Positions 16,468-25,461 of a DNA stretch of 64,000 nt are shown in pieces. Position 1 is the stretch's first letter, and each line of letters starts with the position of its first letter. Source of the stretch: an uncultured Spirochaetaceae bacterium. Lineage in GTDB: Bacteria; Spirochaetota; Spirochaetia; SZUA-6; Fen-1364. The stretch covers positions 11,219 through 75,218 of the forward strand of contig CAYTGX010000009.1 in NCBI GenBank assembly GCA_964437385.1. Reading direction: 5' to 3'. The position numbers and the translations under genes are program-made. A model generated the notes under the pieces. It saw only the letters and a program-made list of their open reading frames with translations. It made no database searches and was not told where the DNA came from.

Positions 16468-17532
16468 CTACCTCGTCACCGTGACCTTGCGCAGCCCTCG
16501 GGGCGAATCGGGATCATACCCCTTGGCCACGGCAAGGTGGAATCCCAGGAGCTGACCGGGGATCACCGCGAGGACAGGAGAGAGCCAGTCCGGCGCTCCT
16601 GCGGCAATCGGGAGCCGCGTGGTCCCTTTTTCAAGGATGTCTTTCGAGTCGCTGATTGCTATCACCTCGGATTGCCTCTCCTGGAGCGTATTGGCAAATT
16701 CCGCCATATGGGAGAGCAGGACGCCGCTCGTGGCAATGAGTATGACAGGAAAGCCCGGCTCGAGCATTGCCATGGGCCCGTGCAGAAAGTCCGCAGAGGA
16801 ATACGGTTCCGCGGTGACATATGTGAGCTCCTTGAGCTTGAGGGCAACCTCCATGGAGATACCATGGCAGAATCCACGGCTGATCACGACGCACCGCTGC
16901 ATGTAGCGGTAGCGCTCCGCACGGGCCGCTGCCACCGGGCCGGAAAGAGCGATTGTACGTTCGGCACGCTCCGGGAGCTCCTTGACGCGTGCCATTCGCT
17001 CATCGTCCTTTTCCAGCACGGCTGAAAGGGCAGCCAGCACTGCCAGTGACGCGGTAAAAGTCTTGGTAGCAGCCACCGCTTTTTCGGGGCCAGTCTTGAG
17101 CAGGAGCGCATGGTCTGCCTGTTTCGCCAGTGGAGAAGCGCCGTCAGCGGTCACAACAGCCGTGAGCGCCCCCTGCCTGCGCGCGTCCGTCATCACCTCC
17201 ACGATGTCCTCCGACTGCCCGGACTGGGAAATCCCGAGGACCATGAAATTCTTGAGCCGTGGAGGCTTGTGATAGAACGTGTACAGGGAGGGGGTGGCCA
17301 TCATGACGGGCAGCCCGTTGAATGCCTGGAACAGGTATTTCGCATACACCCCGGCATTGTCCGAGCTTCCGCGCGCCGCAATCATGACGCCGGTGACATC
17401 GCGCGCCCGCATATCACGCCCAAGGAGGCCGGTCTCCTGCGCGCAGGATTCGACCGTCCTCGCGATGGCCTCGGGCTGCTCCCCGATCTCGCGCTCCAGC
17501 ACTGATTTTGATTCACCCTTCATGTGCCGCAT
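16468..17532 (-). CDS. double SIS-domain sugar-phosphate isomerase/deaminase (GlmS C-terminal-like, no glutaminase domain)
   Basis: EIGEQPEAI, GSSDNAG and GISQSGQSEDIV motifs. The start is ambiguous between 17523, 17532 and 17559. Confidence 0.8.
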   Translation of the reverse strand: MRHMKGESKSVLEREIGEQPEAIARTVESCAQETGLLGRDMRARDVTGVMIAARGSSDNAGVYAKYLFQAFNGLPVMMATPSLYTFYHKPPRLKNFMVLGISQSGQSEDIVEVMTDARRQGALTAVVTADGASPLAKQADHALLLKTGPEKAVAATKTFTASLAVLAALSAVLEKDDERMARVKELPERAERTIALSGPVAAARAERYRYMQRCVVISRGFCHGISMEVALKLKELTYVTAEPYSSADFLHGPMAMLEPGFPVILIATSGVLLSHMAEFANTLQERQSEVIAISDSKDILEKGTTRLPIAAGAPDWLSPVLAVIPGQLLGFHLAVAKGYDPDSPRGLRKVTVTR

Positions 17533-17542
17533 GGTGCTGATT

Positions 17543-17571
17543 CGACGCAGGGTTGTCAATTCTCATACCTG
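17543..17571 (+). promoter_or_regulatory. putative sigma-70 promoter of the HAD phosphatase gene
   Basis: TTGTCA, a 17-nt spacer, then TATAGT. This supports the ATG at 17595 as the start. Confidence 0.35.
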
Positions 17572-17594
17572 CCGCTATAGTCGATCAACCACAC

Positions 17595-18248
17595 ATGGCA
17601 CACACGGCAGTACTCTTCGATCTTGACGGCACTCTTCTGGACACGCTGGCAGACCTCGGGGACTCGATGAACGCGGTTCTGAGCGGCCTCGGGTTCCCGG
17701 TTCACCAGACCGACGCGTATCGCTATTTCGTAGGGGACGGAGTTGAGACCCTGGTTCTCCGCTCCCTGCCGGAGGCGGCGAGGGCCGATCAGGCCCTGGT
17801 CAGCGAATCTGTCAGGAAAATGCGGGCCGAGTATTCGGCGCGCTGGAAAGACAAGACACGGCTCTACGACGGGATCGCGGAGCTCCTGGACACGCTGCTG
17901 GCCTGGGGGGTGAAGACGGCGATTCTTTCAAACAAGCCCCACCCCGCGGTGCTAGAAGTCGTGGGTCACTTCCTGGGGAAATGGCGGTTTGATGCTGCCC
18001 TGGGGGCCCGTCCGGGCGTTCCCATGAAGCCGGACCCGGGCTCGGCGGCAGAAGTGTGCAGGCTGCTGGATACCCCGCCTGAGTCGTTTCTCTACCTGGG
18101 GGACACAAACACTGACATGATCACGGCTGGCTCGGCAGGCATGTTTGGCGTCGGAGTTCTCTGGGGTTTCCGCACCGAAGACGAGCTGCGGGCGTCCGGC
18201 GCCAAAGTGCTGATCCACCGGCCCCTCGAGGTGCTGAGCCTGCTCTAG
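17595..18248 (+). CDS. HAD-IA hydrolase, phosphoglycolate phosphatase-like
   Basis: AVLFDLDGTLLDT (motif I), ILSNK and YLGDTNTDM. Confidence 0.85.
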   Translation: MAHTAVLFDLDGTLLDTLADLGDSMNAVLSGLGFPVHQTDAYRYFVGDGVETLVLRSLPEAARADQALVSESVRKMRAEYSARWKDKTRLYDGIAELLDTLLAWGVKTAILSNKPHPAVLEVVGHFLGKWRFDAALGARPGVPMKPDPGSAAEVCRLLDTPPESFLYLGDTNTDMITAGSAGMFGVGVLWGFRTEDELRASGAKVLIHRPLEVLSLL

Positions 18249-18264
18249 AAGGGGGCAATTTGAT

Positions 18265-18292
18265 TTGACAACCGCCCAAGGAACCTTATATT
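18265..18292 (+). promoter_or_regulatory. putative sigma-70 promoter of the sugar ABC operon
   Basis: TTGACA (18265-18270), a 16-nt spacer, then TATATT (18287-18292). Confidence 0.4.
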
Positions 18293-18308
18293 TAAACCAC
18301 CTTGCATT

Positions 18309-18331
18309 ACGAATATTCGTGCCTCTCCCCT
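18309..18331 (+). promoter_or_regulatory. candidate operator/leader motif: palindrome ACGAATATTCGT plus TTCGTGCCTCTCCCCT
   Basis: A perfect 12-bp palindrome lies just downstream of the -10 box. The 3' part recurs at 22019-22034 with one mismatch. Confidence 0.4.
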
Positions 18332-18350
18332 GGCAAAGGGCTATAAAACG

Positions 18351-19886
18351 GTGAGCGAGACCCCAGGTGGCGACAACGGCGACATTGTCCTTCGCGCGGA
18401 AGGGGTGAACAAGGACTTCGGCGGAGTTCCGGTCCTCAAGGACATACGCCTCGACGTGCGGCGGGGTGAGATTCTCGGGATCATAGGCGAGAATGGCGCC
18501 GGCAAAAGCACCCTGATGAAGATTTTCAGCGGGATATATCCGCCAAGCTCAGGCCGCATATTCGTCGAGGGGCGGGAGACCAAGATCGAGTCAGCGATAG
18601 ACGCGAGGAGGCTGGGAATCAGCCTCGTCCCCCAGGAGTTCAACCTGATACGGGACCTCCCCGTCTACAACAACGTCTTTCTCGGTTCCGAGCTCCGCAC
18701 CCGGCTGGGCTTCCTGGACAAGGAGGAGATGCGCCGCAGGACGCGTGCTCTCCTTGCGGACTTGAGCGTCAGCATCGACCCGGAGGCGAAAATCGAGGCG
18801 ATGAGCGCCGCCGAGAAACAGATGGTGGAGATATGCAAGGCGCTGGCCTTCGAGGCTCGTGTCATCATCATGGACGAGCCCACTACCATGCTCACCAAGT
18901 ACGAGATCGAAATCCTGTTCAATCTCGTTGTCAAGCTCCGCGCGAACGGCATGACGGTGATCTACATTTCGCACAAGCTCAAGGAAGTCAAGGCGCTCTG
19001 TGATCGCGTGGTCGTGCTCAGAGACGGGGTCATCGTCCTCGACTCTCCCACGGCCTCGGTCTCCGTAATGGAGATGGCCCAGCGCATGGTGGGGCGCGAG
19101 CTTTCATCGATATTCCCGGCCAAGCGCGTGCCGGATGCCGAGATCGTCTTCGAGGCGCGCGGGGTGACCGTGCCCGGCGTCATCGATGACGTCTCCTTCA
19201 CCCTTCACAGGGGTGAGATACTCGGCCTCGCCGGTCTTGTGGGCGCCGGGCGGACCGAAGTAGCCGAGACCGTGCTGGGGCTCCGCCGCAAGACCACGGG
19301 GCGGTTCCTCAGGGGCGGCGCGCCCGTGTCTCTGGAGGCGCCCGCCGACGCCGTTCGGGCCGGGATTTCCTACCTCTCTGAAGACCGCCAGGGCGCGGGA
19401 ATCGTCACGGGCTTCAGCGTGCTCAAGAACATCACCCTGGTGTCGCTCGGGCGTTACTGCAGATCCCTTTTCGGCCTCGTGGACAACACCGCGGAGCGGA
19501 CCAAGGTCCAGGGCTATGTCGACTCTTTTCGCATAAAGACCGAATCGCTGGACAAGAGGCTGGAGAACCTGTCGGGCGGAAACCAGCAGAAGGTCTCTCT
19601 GGCCAAGTCCATCGACACGGAGCCCGACATTCTTATCGTCGACGAGCCGACCCGGGGCGTGGACGTGCAGGCGAAGCACGAGATCTACCGGTTCATCAAC
19701 GACCTTGTCGGGAAGGGCATTTCCTGCATCCTCATCTCCTCCGAGCTCGAGGAGATCATCGGCATGTGCAACAGGGTCGCCGTGATGCGCGACGGGAAAA
19801 TAGTCGGCACCCTGGAGGGCGCCGATATCAACGAAGAGGAAATCATGTTCTACGCCACAGGGGCTCGCGAAGAGGCGGCATCGTGA
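18351..19886 (+). CDS. sugar ABC transporter ATP-binding protein (two fused ABC cassettes, RbsA/MglA type)
   Basis: GENGAGKST and GLVGAGRTE Walker A motifs, and two LSGGxQQ / MSAAEKQ signature regions. Confidence 0.9.
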   Translation: MSETPGGDNGDIVLRAEGVNKDFGGVPVLKDIRLDVRRGEILGIIGENGAGKSTLMKIFSGIYPPSSGRIFVEGRETKIESAIDARRLGISLVPQEFNLIRDLPVYNNVFLGSELRTRLGFLDKEEMRRRTRALLADLSVSIDPEAKIEAMSAAEKQMVEICKALAFEARVIIMDEPTTMLTKYEIEILFNLVVKLRANGMTVIYISHKLKEVKALCDRVVVLRDGVIVLDSPTASVSVMEMAQRMVGRELSSIFPAKRVPDAEIVFEARGVTVPGVIDDVSFTLHRGEILGLAGLVGAGRTEVAETVLGLRRKTTGRFLRGGAPVSLEAPADAVRAGISYLSEDRQGAGIVTGFSVLKNITLVSLGRYCRSLFGLVDNTAERTKVQGYVDSFRIKTESLDKRLENLSGGNQQKVSLAKSIDTEPDILIVDEPTRGVDVQAKHEIYRFINDLVGKGISCILISSELEEIIGMCNRVAVMRDGKIVGTLEGADINEEEIMFYATGAREEAAS

Positions 19887-20881
19887 CGCTCGCCGCCCGC
19901 GTCTCCAGGATCGATCTCGAGAAGTACGGCTCTCTCCTCGCCCTCGGCGGCCTTTTCGTTCTGGCCGCCGTGATAGGGTGGCCTTATTTCCTCCAGATCG
20001 AGAATCTCGTCAACGTCATGCGGCAATCCTCCTACACGGGAATCATGGCGCTCGGCATGACCTTCGTCATCATCTCCGGAGGCATCGACCTTTCTGTAGG
20101 CGCGATGGCCGCCTTTGTGGCCTCCTGCGGCGTCCTCGTGATGAACTACGTCATGAAGGCGGCGGGAGGGGCAGAGGTCGTCCCCATACTGCTGGGCATC
20201 GGCGTGATGGTTCTTCTCGGCCTGGTGTGCGGCGCTCTGAACGGCATCCTCGTGACCAAGGGCAAGATCGTGCCGTTCATCGTCACCCTCGGCACGATGT
20301 CCATCTTCCGCTATGTGAGCCTCCAGATGGCCAATGCGGGCGAGTTCGCCTCGCACAGCCAGGCCTTCGGTGAGCTGGGCATGTCGAAAGTCATCTCTTT
20401 CGACGTGGCCGGCTCGAACGTGTCACTCCCGACACCGGTGCTCGCCCTGTTCCTCCTGGCTTTCGTGCTCTCATTCGTGCTCAACAATACGCGCTATGGG
20501 CGCTACCTCTGCGCCGTCGGTTCCAATTCCCGGGTCGCGCTCTACTCGGCGGTCCGCGTGGATCGGGTCCGGTTCTGGGCCTACGCCATCATCGGTGCGT
20601 GCATAGGGCTCTCGGCGGCCTTGCTCGCTGCGCGCTTCAACACGGTATCCACGCCCAACTTCGGTCTCGGCTTCGAGCTGGACGCCATCGCGGCAGTCAT
20701 TATCGGCGGGACCGCCATGACCGGCGGCAGGGGCTCGGTCTGGGGGACGGTGATCGGCGTATTCATTCTGCAGATCATCCAGAACATGCTCAACATGGCG
20801 GGGCTTTCGCCCTACCTGCAGGGGGTGGTAAAGGGCATCGTAATAATTGCGTCAGTGTACATCCAGAAGCAGCGCCAGTAG
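19883..20881 (+). CDS. sugar ABC transporter permease (RbsC/AraH family)
   Basis: Multi-TM protein. GTG 19883 overlaps the upstream stop (GTGA), so the track start at 19766 was rejected. Confidence 0.85.
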   Translation: MTLAARVSRIDLEKYGSLLALGGLFVLAAVIGWPYFLQIENLVNVMRQSSYTGIMALGMTFVIISGGIDLSVGAMAAFVASCGVLVMNYVMKAAGGAEVVPILLGIGVMVLLGLVCGALNGILVTKGKIVPFIVTLGTMSIFRYVSLQMANAGEFASHSQAFGELGMSKVISFDVAGSNVSLPTPVLALFLLAFVLSFVLNNTRYGRYLCAVGSNSRVALYSAVRVDRVRFWAYAIIGACIGLSAALLAARFNTVSTPNFGLGFELDAIAAVIIGGTAMTGGRGSVWGTVIGVFILQIIQNMLNMAGLSPYLQGVVKGIVIIASVYIQKQRQ

Positions 20882-20974
20882 GGAAGGGGCGCGCGTATCA
20901 GGCGGTGAGAGCCCTCGTTGAGGGCTTGCCCTCAGGGGCAATCTTTCCATTTCTTATGTCCAAAGGAGGACAGG

Positions 20975-21943
20975 ATGAAGAAACTGCTATTGGCAGTCCT
21001 CATTGTGACGGTGGCCGTCACGGCGGGTTTCGCCCAAGCCAAGTACAAGATTGGTGTGTCCATGCCGAGCGCAACCCACGGTTGGATGGCAAATGCCAAC
21101 TGGTGGGCGACAACGGCAAAGAATGACTGGGAGGCGAGGGACAAGAGCCTCAGCATCGAGCTCAAGTTTGCCGGCAACGCGGCGCAGCAATCTTCAGACA
21201 TCGAGGATCTCCTCGTGAAGAAGGTCAATGCAATCGTGGTCTTCCCCTTCGACACTTCGGTGACGAGCGTGGTGGAAAAGGCCTTCAACCAGGGCGTGTA
21301 CGTCGTCGTTCTGGACCGCGGCGTCTCAAAGGAAGGAATCTACGACGTCTATATCACCAACGACGACGAGGCCTACACCCGCAAGGGCATGGAGTGGCTC
21401 GCCAAGCAGATGAATTACAAGGGGAACCTGCTTCTCATCACCGGCATCCCCTCGCCGATCGACACCACGCGCACTGACACGATCAAGACCGTCGTTGCGA
21501 AATATCCCAACATCAAGATCCTCGACGTGCAGCCCGGCGACTGGAACAGGCAGAAGTCAACCACGGTCATGGAGAACTACCTGCAGAAATACAAGCAGAT
21601 CGACGCCGTGTACACTGCTGACGACGACATGATGATCGGCGCCGAGCAGGCGTACAAGGAATCCGGCCGCAAGGACATCAAGTTCTTCCTGGGCGGGGGA
21701 TGCCTCAAGGACATCATAAAGGGGATAATGGACGGGACGAACCCGATGGTGCAGGCCGACGTGACCTACTCGCCTTCGGTTATCGCGACCTCGATCTCCT
21801 ACGCCGCCATCGGCGTCAAGGGCGACAAGCTCAACCCCAACGTGTACCAGGTCCGCGCCCTTCCGCGCCGTGTCATACTCCCCTCGGAGCTCGTGACCAG
21901 GGATAATGCCAAGGACTTCTACGTTCCGAACGCCCCGTTCTAG
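20975..21943 (+). CDS. sugar ABC transporter periplasmic substrate-binding protein (PBP type I)
   Basis: Signal peptide MKKLLLAVLIVTVAVTAGFAQA after an AAAGGAGGA RBS, with an RbsB-like fold signature. Confidence 0.85.
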   Translation: MKKLLLAVLIVTVAVTAGFAQAKYKIGVSMPSATHGWMANANWWATTAKNDWEARDKSLSIELKFAGNAAQQSSDIEDLLVKKVNAIVVFPFDTSVTSVVEKAFNQGVYVVVLDRGVSKEGIYDVYITNDDEAYTRKGMEWLAKQMNYKGNLLLITGIPSPIDTTRTDTIKTVVAKYPNIKILDVQPGDWNRQKSTTVMENYLQKYKQIDAVYTADDDMMIGAEQAYKESGRKDIKFFLGGGCLKDIIKGIMDGTNPMVQADVTYSPSVIATSISYAAIGVKGDKLNPNVYQVRALPRRVILPSELVTRDNAKDFYVPNAPF

Positions 21944-21959
21944 TCGATGAAAGCGCACT

Positions 21960-21983
21960 CTGCGCCTGGGTAATCAGGCGCAG
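21960..21983 (+). terminator. GC-rich hairpin after the ABC operon (terminator or attenuator, no clear U-tract)
   Basis: Stem ctgcgcctg, loop ggtaat, stem caggcgcag (9-bp stem). Confidence 0.4.
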
Positions 21984-22010
21984 AAGGCTGAGCACAATCG
22001 GAGGGAGAGG

Positions 22011-22034
22011 ACAATTCGTTCGTGCCTTTCCCCT
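22011..22034 (+). promoter_or_regulatory. second copy of the leader motif ACAATTCGTTCGTGCCTTTCCCCT
   Basis: 15 of 16 positions match 18316-18331. It sits inside the hairpin GGAGGGAG (22000-22007) / CTCCCTCC (22033-22040). Confidence 0.35.
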
Positions 22035-22067
22035 CCCTCCTTTGGCTTCCTCATAAAGGGTAACCCC

Positions 22068-23030
22068 ATGAAAACCGAGGGTCTGTGGTATCTGGGCGAG
22101 CGAAAGATCGAAATCCGAGCGCTGGAGATCCCAGAGCCCGGTCCGGACGAAGTCAGCGTTGCCCTGGAGGTATGCGGGATTTGCGGGTGGGACATACTGT
22201 CATTCAACGGCAGGTTTTCCCGATACCATCCTTATCCCTTCATCGCAGGCCACGAAGGCGTGGGGCGGGTGGAGAGAGTGGGTGAAAGGGTCCGGTCGGT
22301 GAGACCAGGCCAAAGGGTGGCGATGCAGGAAGTACCAATTGGCACACCTGGAGGAGCACTCATGGCGCGCCACGCCGTGCGCAATGAAAGGCACGTGGCA
22401 GCCATTCCTGAGAGCGGGGTCCCGGTGCAGCACTGGATCGTAGAGCCTGTGGTGTGCGTGTTGAACGGCATACTGTTTTCAGGAATCCAGCCCGGGGACA
22501 AGGTCGCGCTGGTGGGGGCGGGCTACATGGGATTGCTTTTCGTGCAGGGTTTGAGCCGCAGCCTTATCGGATCGCTGACAGTCTTCGATATCGACTCGCG
22601 GCGGTTGGAGACTGCCTCCCGGTTGGGAGCCCGCGAGATCATAGACTCCCGCGCGGGCAGTGTCTCGGAAGCCCTGAACAAGCAATTCGACGTAGTGGTG
22701 GAGACGGCCGGAACGGGAGAGTCGATCAATCTCGCGTTTTCCCTCGTGAAGCCCGGCGGTATCGTGGAGAACTTTGCCTGGCACCATCATTCTCATACCT
22801 TTGATCTGGATGACTGGCATACGAACGGCATGAGGATTCTCAACATTCAGCCCGGAATGAATCCCCATTTCGGCGATCTCTATCCCAGAACCATTACTCT
22901 CATGGAAAACGGATCCTTCACGAACGAACCTCTGGTCACTCACGTGGAAAAGATAGAGAAGGCGTATCAGATATTCTCCGCAGCCGCAGACAGGACGGGC
23001 GGCTACGTGAAGGGCGTGGTCACCTTCTGA
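22068..23030 (+). CDS. zinc-dependent alcohol/polyol dehydrogenase (MDR family)
   Basis: CGICGWD and GHEGVGRVERVG Zn-ligand motifs, plus the GAGYMG Rossmann motif. Confidence 0.85.
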   Translation: MKTEGLWYLGERKIEIRALEIPEPGPDEVSVALEVCGICGWDILSFNGRFSRYHPYPFIAGHEGVGRVERVGERVRSVRPGQRVAMQEVPIGTPGGALMARHAVRNERHVAAIPESGVPVQHWIVEPVVCVLNGILFSGIQPGDKVALVGAGYMGLLFVQGLSRSLIGSLTVFDIDSRRLETASRLGAREIIDSRAGSVSEALNKQFDVVVETAGTGESINLAFSLVKPGGIVENFAWHHHSHTFDLDDWHTNGMRILNIQPGMNPHFGDLYPRTITLMENGSFTNEPLVTHVEKIEKAYQIFSAAADRTGGYVKGVVTF

Positions 23031-23041
23031 CCCACCGGGCC

Positions 23042-23971
23042 ATGGAATCAGTTCTCGCGGTTGACCTGGGGGGGACGAAAACCGCAGTCGGGATGATCGG
23101 GGTCAATGGGAAGGTCCTCGACAAGGAATCCGCTGCAACGCCCCTGGGAGACCCGCGGGAGGCGGTGGCACTCATCGCCGATCTGGCGAGGCGGGTGCAG
23201 GCGCGCACGGGAAGGGCGTCGTCCCTCGGGTTGGCCTTGCCGGGTGTGGTTGACCGAAAGGGCGGGATCCTTCTGCGCTCGGCTTCTTCAGGCTGGGACC
23301 ACGTCCCCTTCGTCCCCCTGATCGAGGATGCCCTGGGTCTTCATGCCGAGGCCGACAATGACGTCAATGCCTGCGCATGGGCAGAGGCCCATTTTGGTGC
23401 CGGGAGAGGCCTGGATTCCTTCTTCTGGATGACGGTGAGCACGGGCATCGGCGGGGCCGTTGTCTCCGGGGGGCGGATCGTGGGCGGGGCAAGCGCGATG
23501 GCAGGGGAGATCGGGCATCTCGTGGTGAACCCTGGCGGAGAGCTTTGCGGCTGCGGCAACCGGGGCTGTCTCGAAGCCGAGGCGGCCGGCCCCGCCTGGA
23601 GGCGAAGGGCGCTGCGCCGCCTGGATGCTGACGGCGGCTACCTCGCGACGCTCCCGCGCGCGGACGTGACTGCCCGGGCTATAGCCGAGGGCGCGCGGGC
23701 AGGCGACCCCCTGTGCGTGGACGTGCTCCGCGAGTCCGCGGTCGTGCTCGCCCGGGGCGTCGCCGCCGTGTATACTCTCCTTGACCCGGAGGCGGTCTTC
23801 CTGGGAGGCGGTGTGGCCGGCGCCCTGGATCTCATCCTGCCGGTGATTCTTGGCCATATCCCTTCCCTTGTCCTTGCCGCGGGAGCACGGAGGACCGTCC
23901 TGGGCCCGAGCCGGCTCGGCTACGACGCGGCCCTGATCGGGGCCGGCTCTCTCGCGATGTTTCCGTATTGA
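23042..23971 (+). CDS. ROK family sugar kinase
   Basis: LAVDLGGTKTAVG plus the zinc motif GHLVVNPGGELCGCGNRGCLE. There is no N-terminal HTH, so a kinase is more likely than a repressor. Confidence 0.85.
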   Translation: MESVLAVDLGGTKTAVGMIGVNGKVLDKESAATPLGDPREAVALIADLARRVQARTGRASSLGLALPGVVDRKGGILLRSASSGWDHVPFVPLIEDALGLHAEADNDVNACAWAEAHFGAGRGLDSFFWMTVSTGIGGAVVSGGRIVGGASAMAGEIGHLVVNPGGELCGCGNRGCLEAEAAGPAWRRRALRRLDADGGYLATLPRADVTARAIAEGARAGDPLCVDVLRESAVVLARGVAAVYTLLDPEAVFLGGGVAGALDLILPVILGHIPSLVLAAGARRTVLGPSRLGYDAALIGAGSLAMFPY

Positions 23972-23984
23972 AAGAGAGGCATGC

Positions 23985-24572
23985 ATGCATCCCGACTTCG
24001 GCCCCGACATCCTGAACTACTTCGAAAGGCTCAAGGCGACCATAGACAGGATATCGCGCGCGGAGGTGAACCGTTTTCTCGGTCTGCTCCTCGACGCCCT
24101 CGAAGAAAGCAGGACGGTGTTCACAATGGGCAACGGGGGATCGGCCGCCACCGCGTCACACTACACAGCGGATTTCAACAAGGGACTTTCGTACGGCAAG
24201 GCGAAACGATTCCGTTTCATGTGCCTGTCCGACAACGTCCCCACGCTGACGGCATACGCGAACGATGTGGCCTACGAGGAAGTCTTCGTCGAACAGCTCC
24301 GCAACTTCCTCGAGCCCGCCGACCTGGTCATTGCCATCTCCGGATCGGGCAATTCGCGCAACATTCTCAAGGCCATCGAATACGCCAACGGGCGCGGCGC
24401 GGTCACCGTCGGCCTGACCGGCTACAACGGGGGCGAGCTCAAGCGGATTGCGCATCACGGCGTCCATATCCCGATAGACGACATGCAGGTCACGGAAGAC
24501 CTCCACATGGTGCTCGACCACCTCGCCTACGCCGTGCTGGGGCGCGCCCTCCCGGAGGCTGACCGTGGCTGA
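23985..24572 (+). CDS. SIS domain protein, GmhA (sedoheptulose-7-phosphate isomerase) family
   Basis: MGNGGSAATASHYTADF, AISGSGNSRNI and GLTGYNGGEL align with the GmhA signature blocks. Confidence 0.8.
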   Translation: MHPDFGPDILNYFERLKATIDRISRAEVNRFLGLLLDALEESRTVFTMGNGGSAATASHYTADFNKGLSYGKAKRFRFMCLSDNVPTLTAYANDVAYEEVFVEQLRNFLEPADLVIAISGSGNSRNILKAIEYANGRGAVTVGLTGYNGGELKRIAHHGVHIPIDDMQVTEDLHMVLDHLAYAVLGRALPEADRG

Positions 24573-25461
24573 GCGTGACTACGCCGCGGCCTGGCCCGCG
24601 CCCTCCCGCACGAGCTTCATCCCCGGCACTTCGATAGAGCTCGTGCGGCCCCGTGCCGGCGGCGTGGCCCCGGAGCACGCTCTCTTCGATTTCGACGGCA
24701 CGCTGAGCCTCGTGCGCGAGGGGTGGGTGGACATCATGGTGCCCATGATGGTCCGTGTCCTCCTTCCCCTTGCCCGGACGGGCGAAGACGCTGAGTCGAT
24801 AAAGGCACTGGTCCGGGACTTCATCACCGAGCTCACCGGCAAGCAGACGATCTACCAGATGATCCGGCTCGCCGAGGAGGTGAAGGCGAGGGGCGGCGTG
24901 CCCCGGGATCCGCTGGAATACAAGGCCGAGTACCACGAGCTCCTCATGTCGCGCATTGCGTCCCGAAGGAATGGACTCGCCGATGGATCCATTTCACCCG
25001 ACGAAATGCTCGTCCCGGGCTCGCTCGAGCTCCTCGCGATGCTTCGCGCGAGGGGCGTCGCCATCCACGTTGCCTCCGGGACGGACGAACCCTACGTGCG
25101 TGAGGAGGCGCGGCTGCTGCGCATAGACGAGTACGCCCCTGGGTCCATCCACGGCGCTCAGCCCGACCACAGGACCTACTCCAAGGAGATGGTCATCCGC
25201 CGCATCCTCGACACGAATGGGGTGGACGGTCGGAGGCTCGTGGCCTTCGGGGACGGCTACGTCGAGATCGTCGACTGCAAGGCCGTGGGCGGGCTGGCGG
25301 TCGGGGTGGCGAGCGACGAAGCGGGAAGGTCGGGAAAGCCCGACGCGTGGAAGAGAAACAGGCTCATCGGCGCGGGAGCGGACATCGTGATTCCTGACTA
25401 CCGCGAAGCGGGGCGGCTCGTCGACTACATCTGGTCCGGAGGCGGAGAGGCAGCGGTGTGA
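24565..25461 (+). CDS. HAD superfamily hydrolase with cap domain
   Basis: ALFDFDGTLS (motif I), ASGT and FGDGYVE. The GTG start overlaps the upstream stop by 8 nt. Confidence 0.75.
   Translation: MAERDYAAAWPAPSRTSFIPGTSIELVRPRAGGVAPEHALFDFDGTLSLVREGWVDIMVPMMVRVLLPLARTGEDAESIKALVRDFITELTGKQTIYQMIRLAEEVKARGGVPRDPLEYKAEYHELLMSRIASRRNGLADGSISPDEMLVPGSLELLAMLRARGVAIHVASGTDEPYVREEARLLRIDEYAPGSIHGAQPDHRTYSKEMVIRRILDTNGVDGRRLVAFGDGYVEIVDCKAVGGLAVGVASDEAGRSGKPDAWKRNRLIGAGADIVIPDYREAGRLVDYIWSGGGEAAV

Noticed and set aside
20910-20940. Two tandem hairpins (AGCCCTC-gtt-GAGGGCT and TGCCC-tcag-GGGCA) between the ABC permease and substrate-binding-protein genes.
   Set aside because: They probably act as an intra-operon mRNA stabiliser or partial terminator that adjusts binding-protein stoichiometry. 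This is an ordinary feature of ABC operons and there is no sign of anything more specific.
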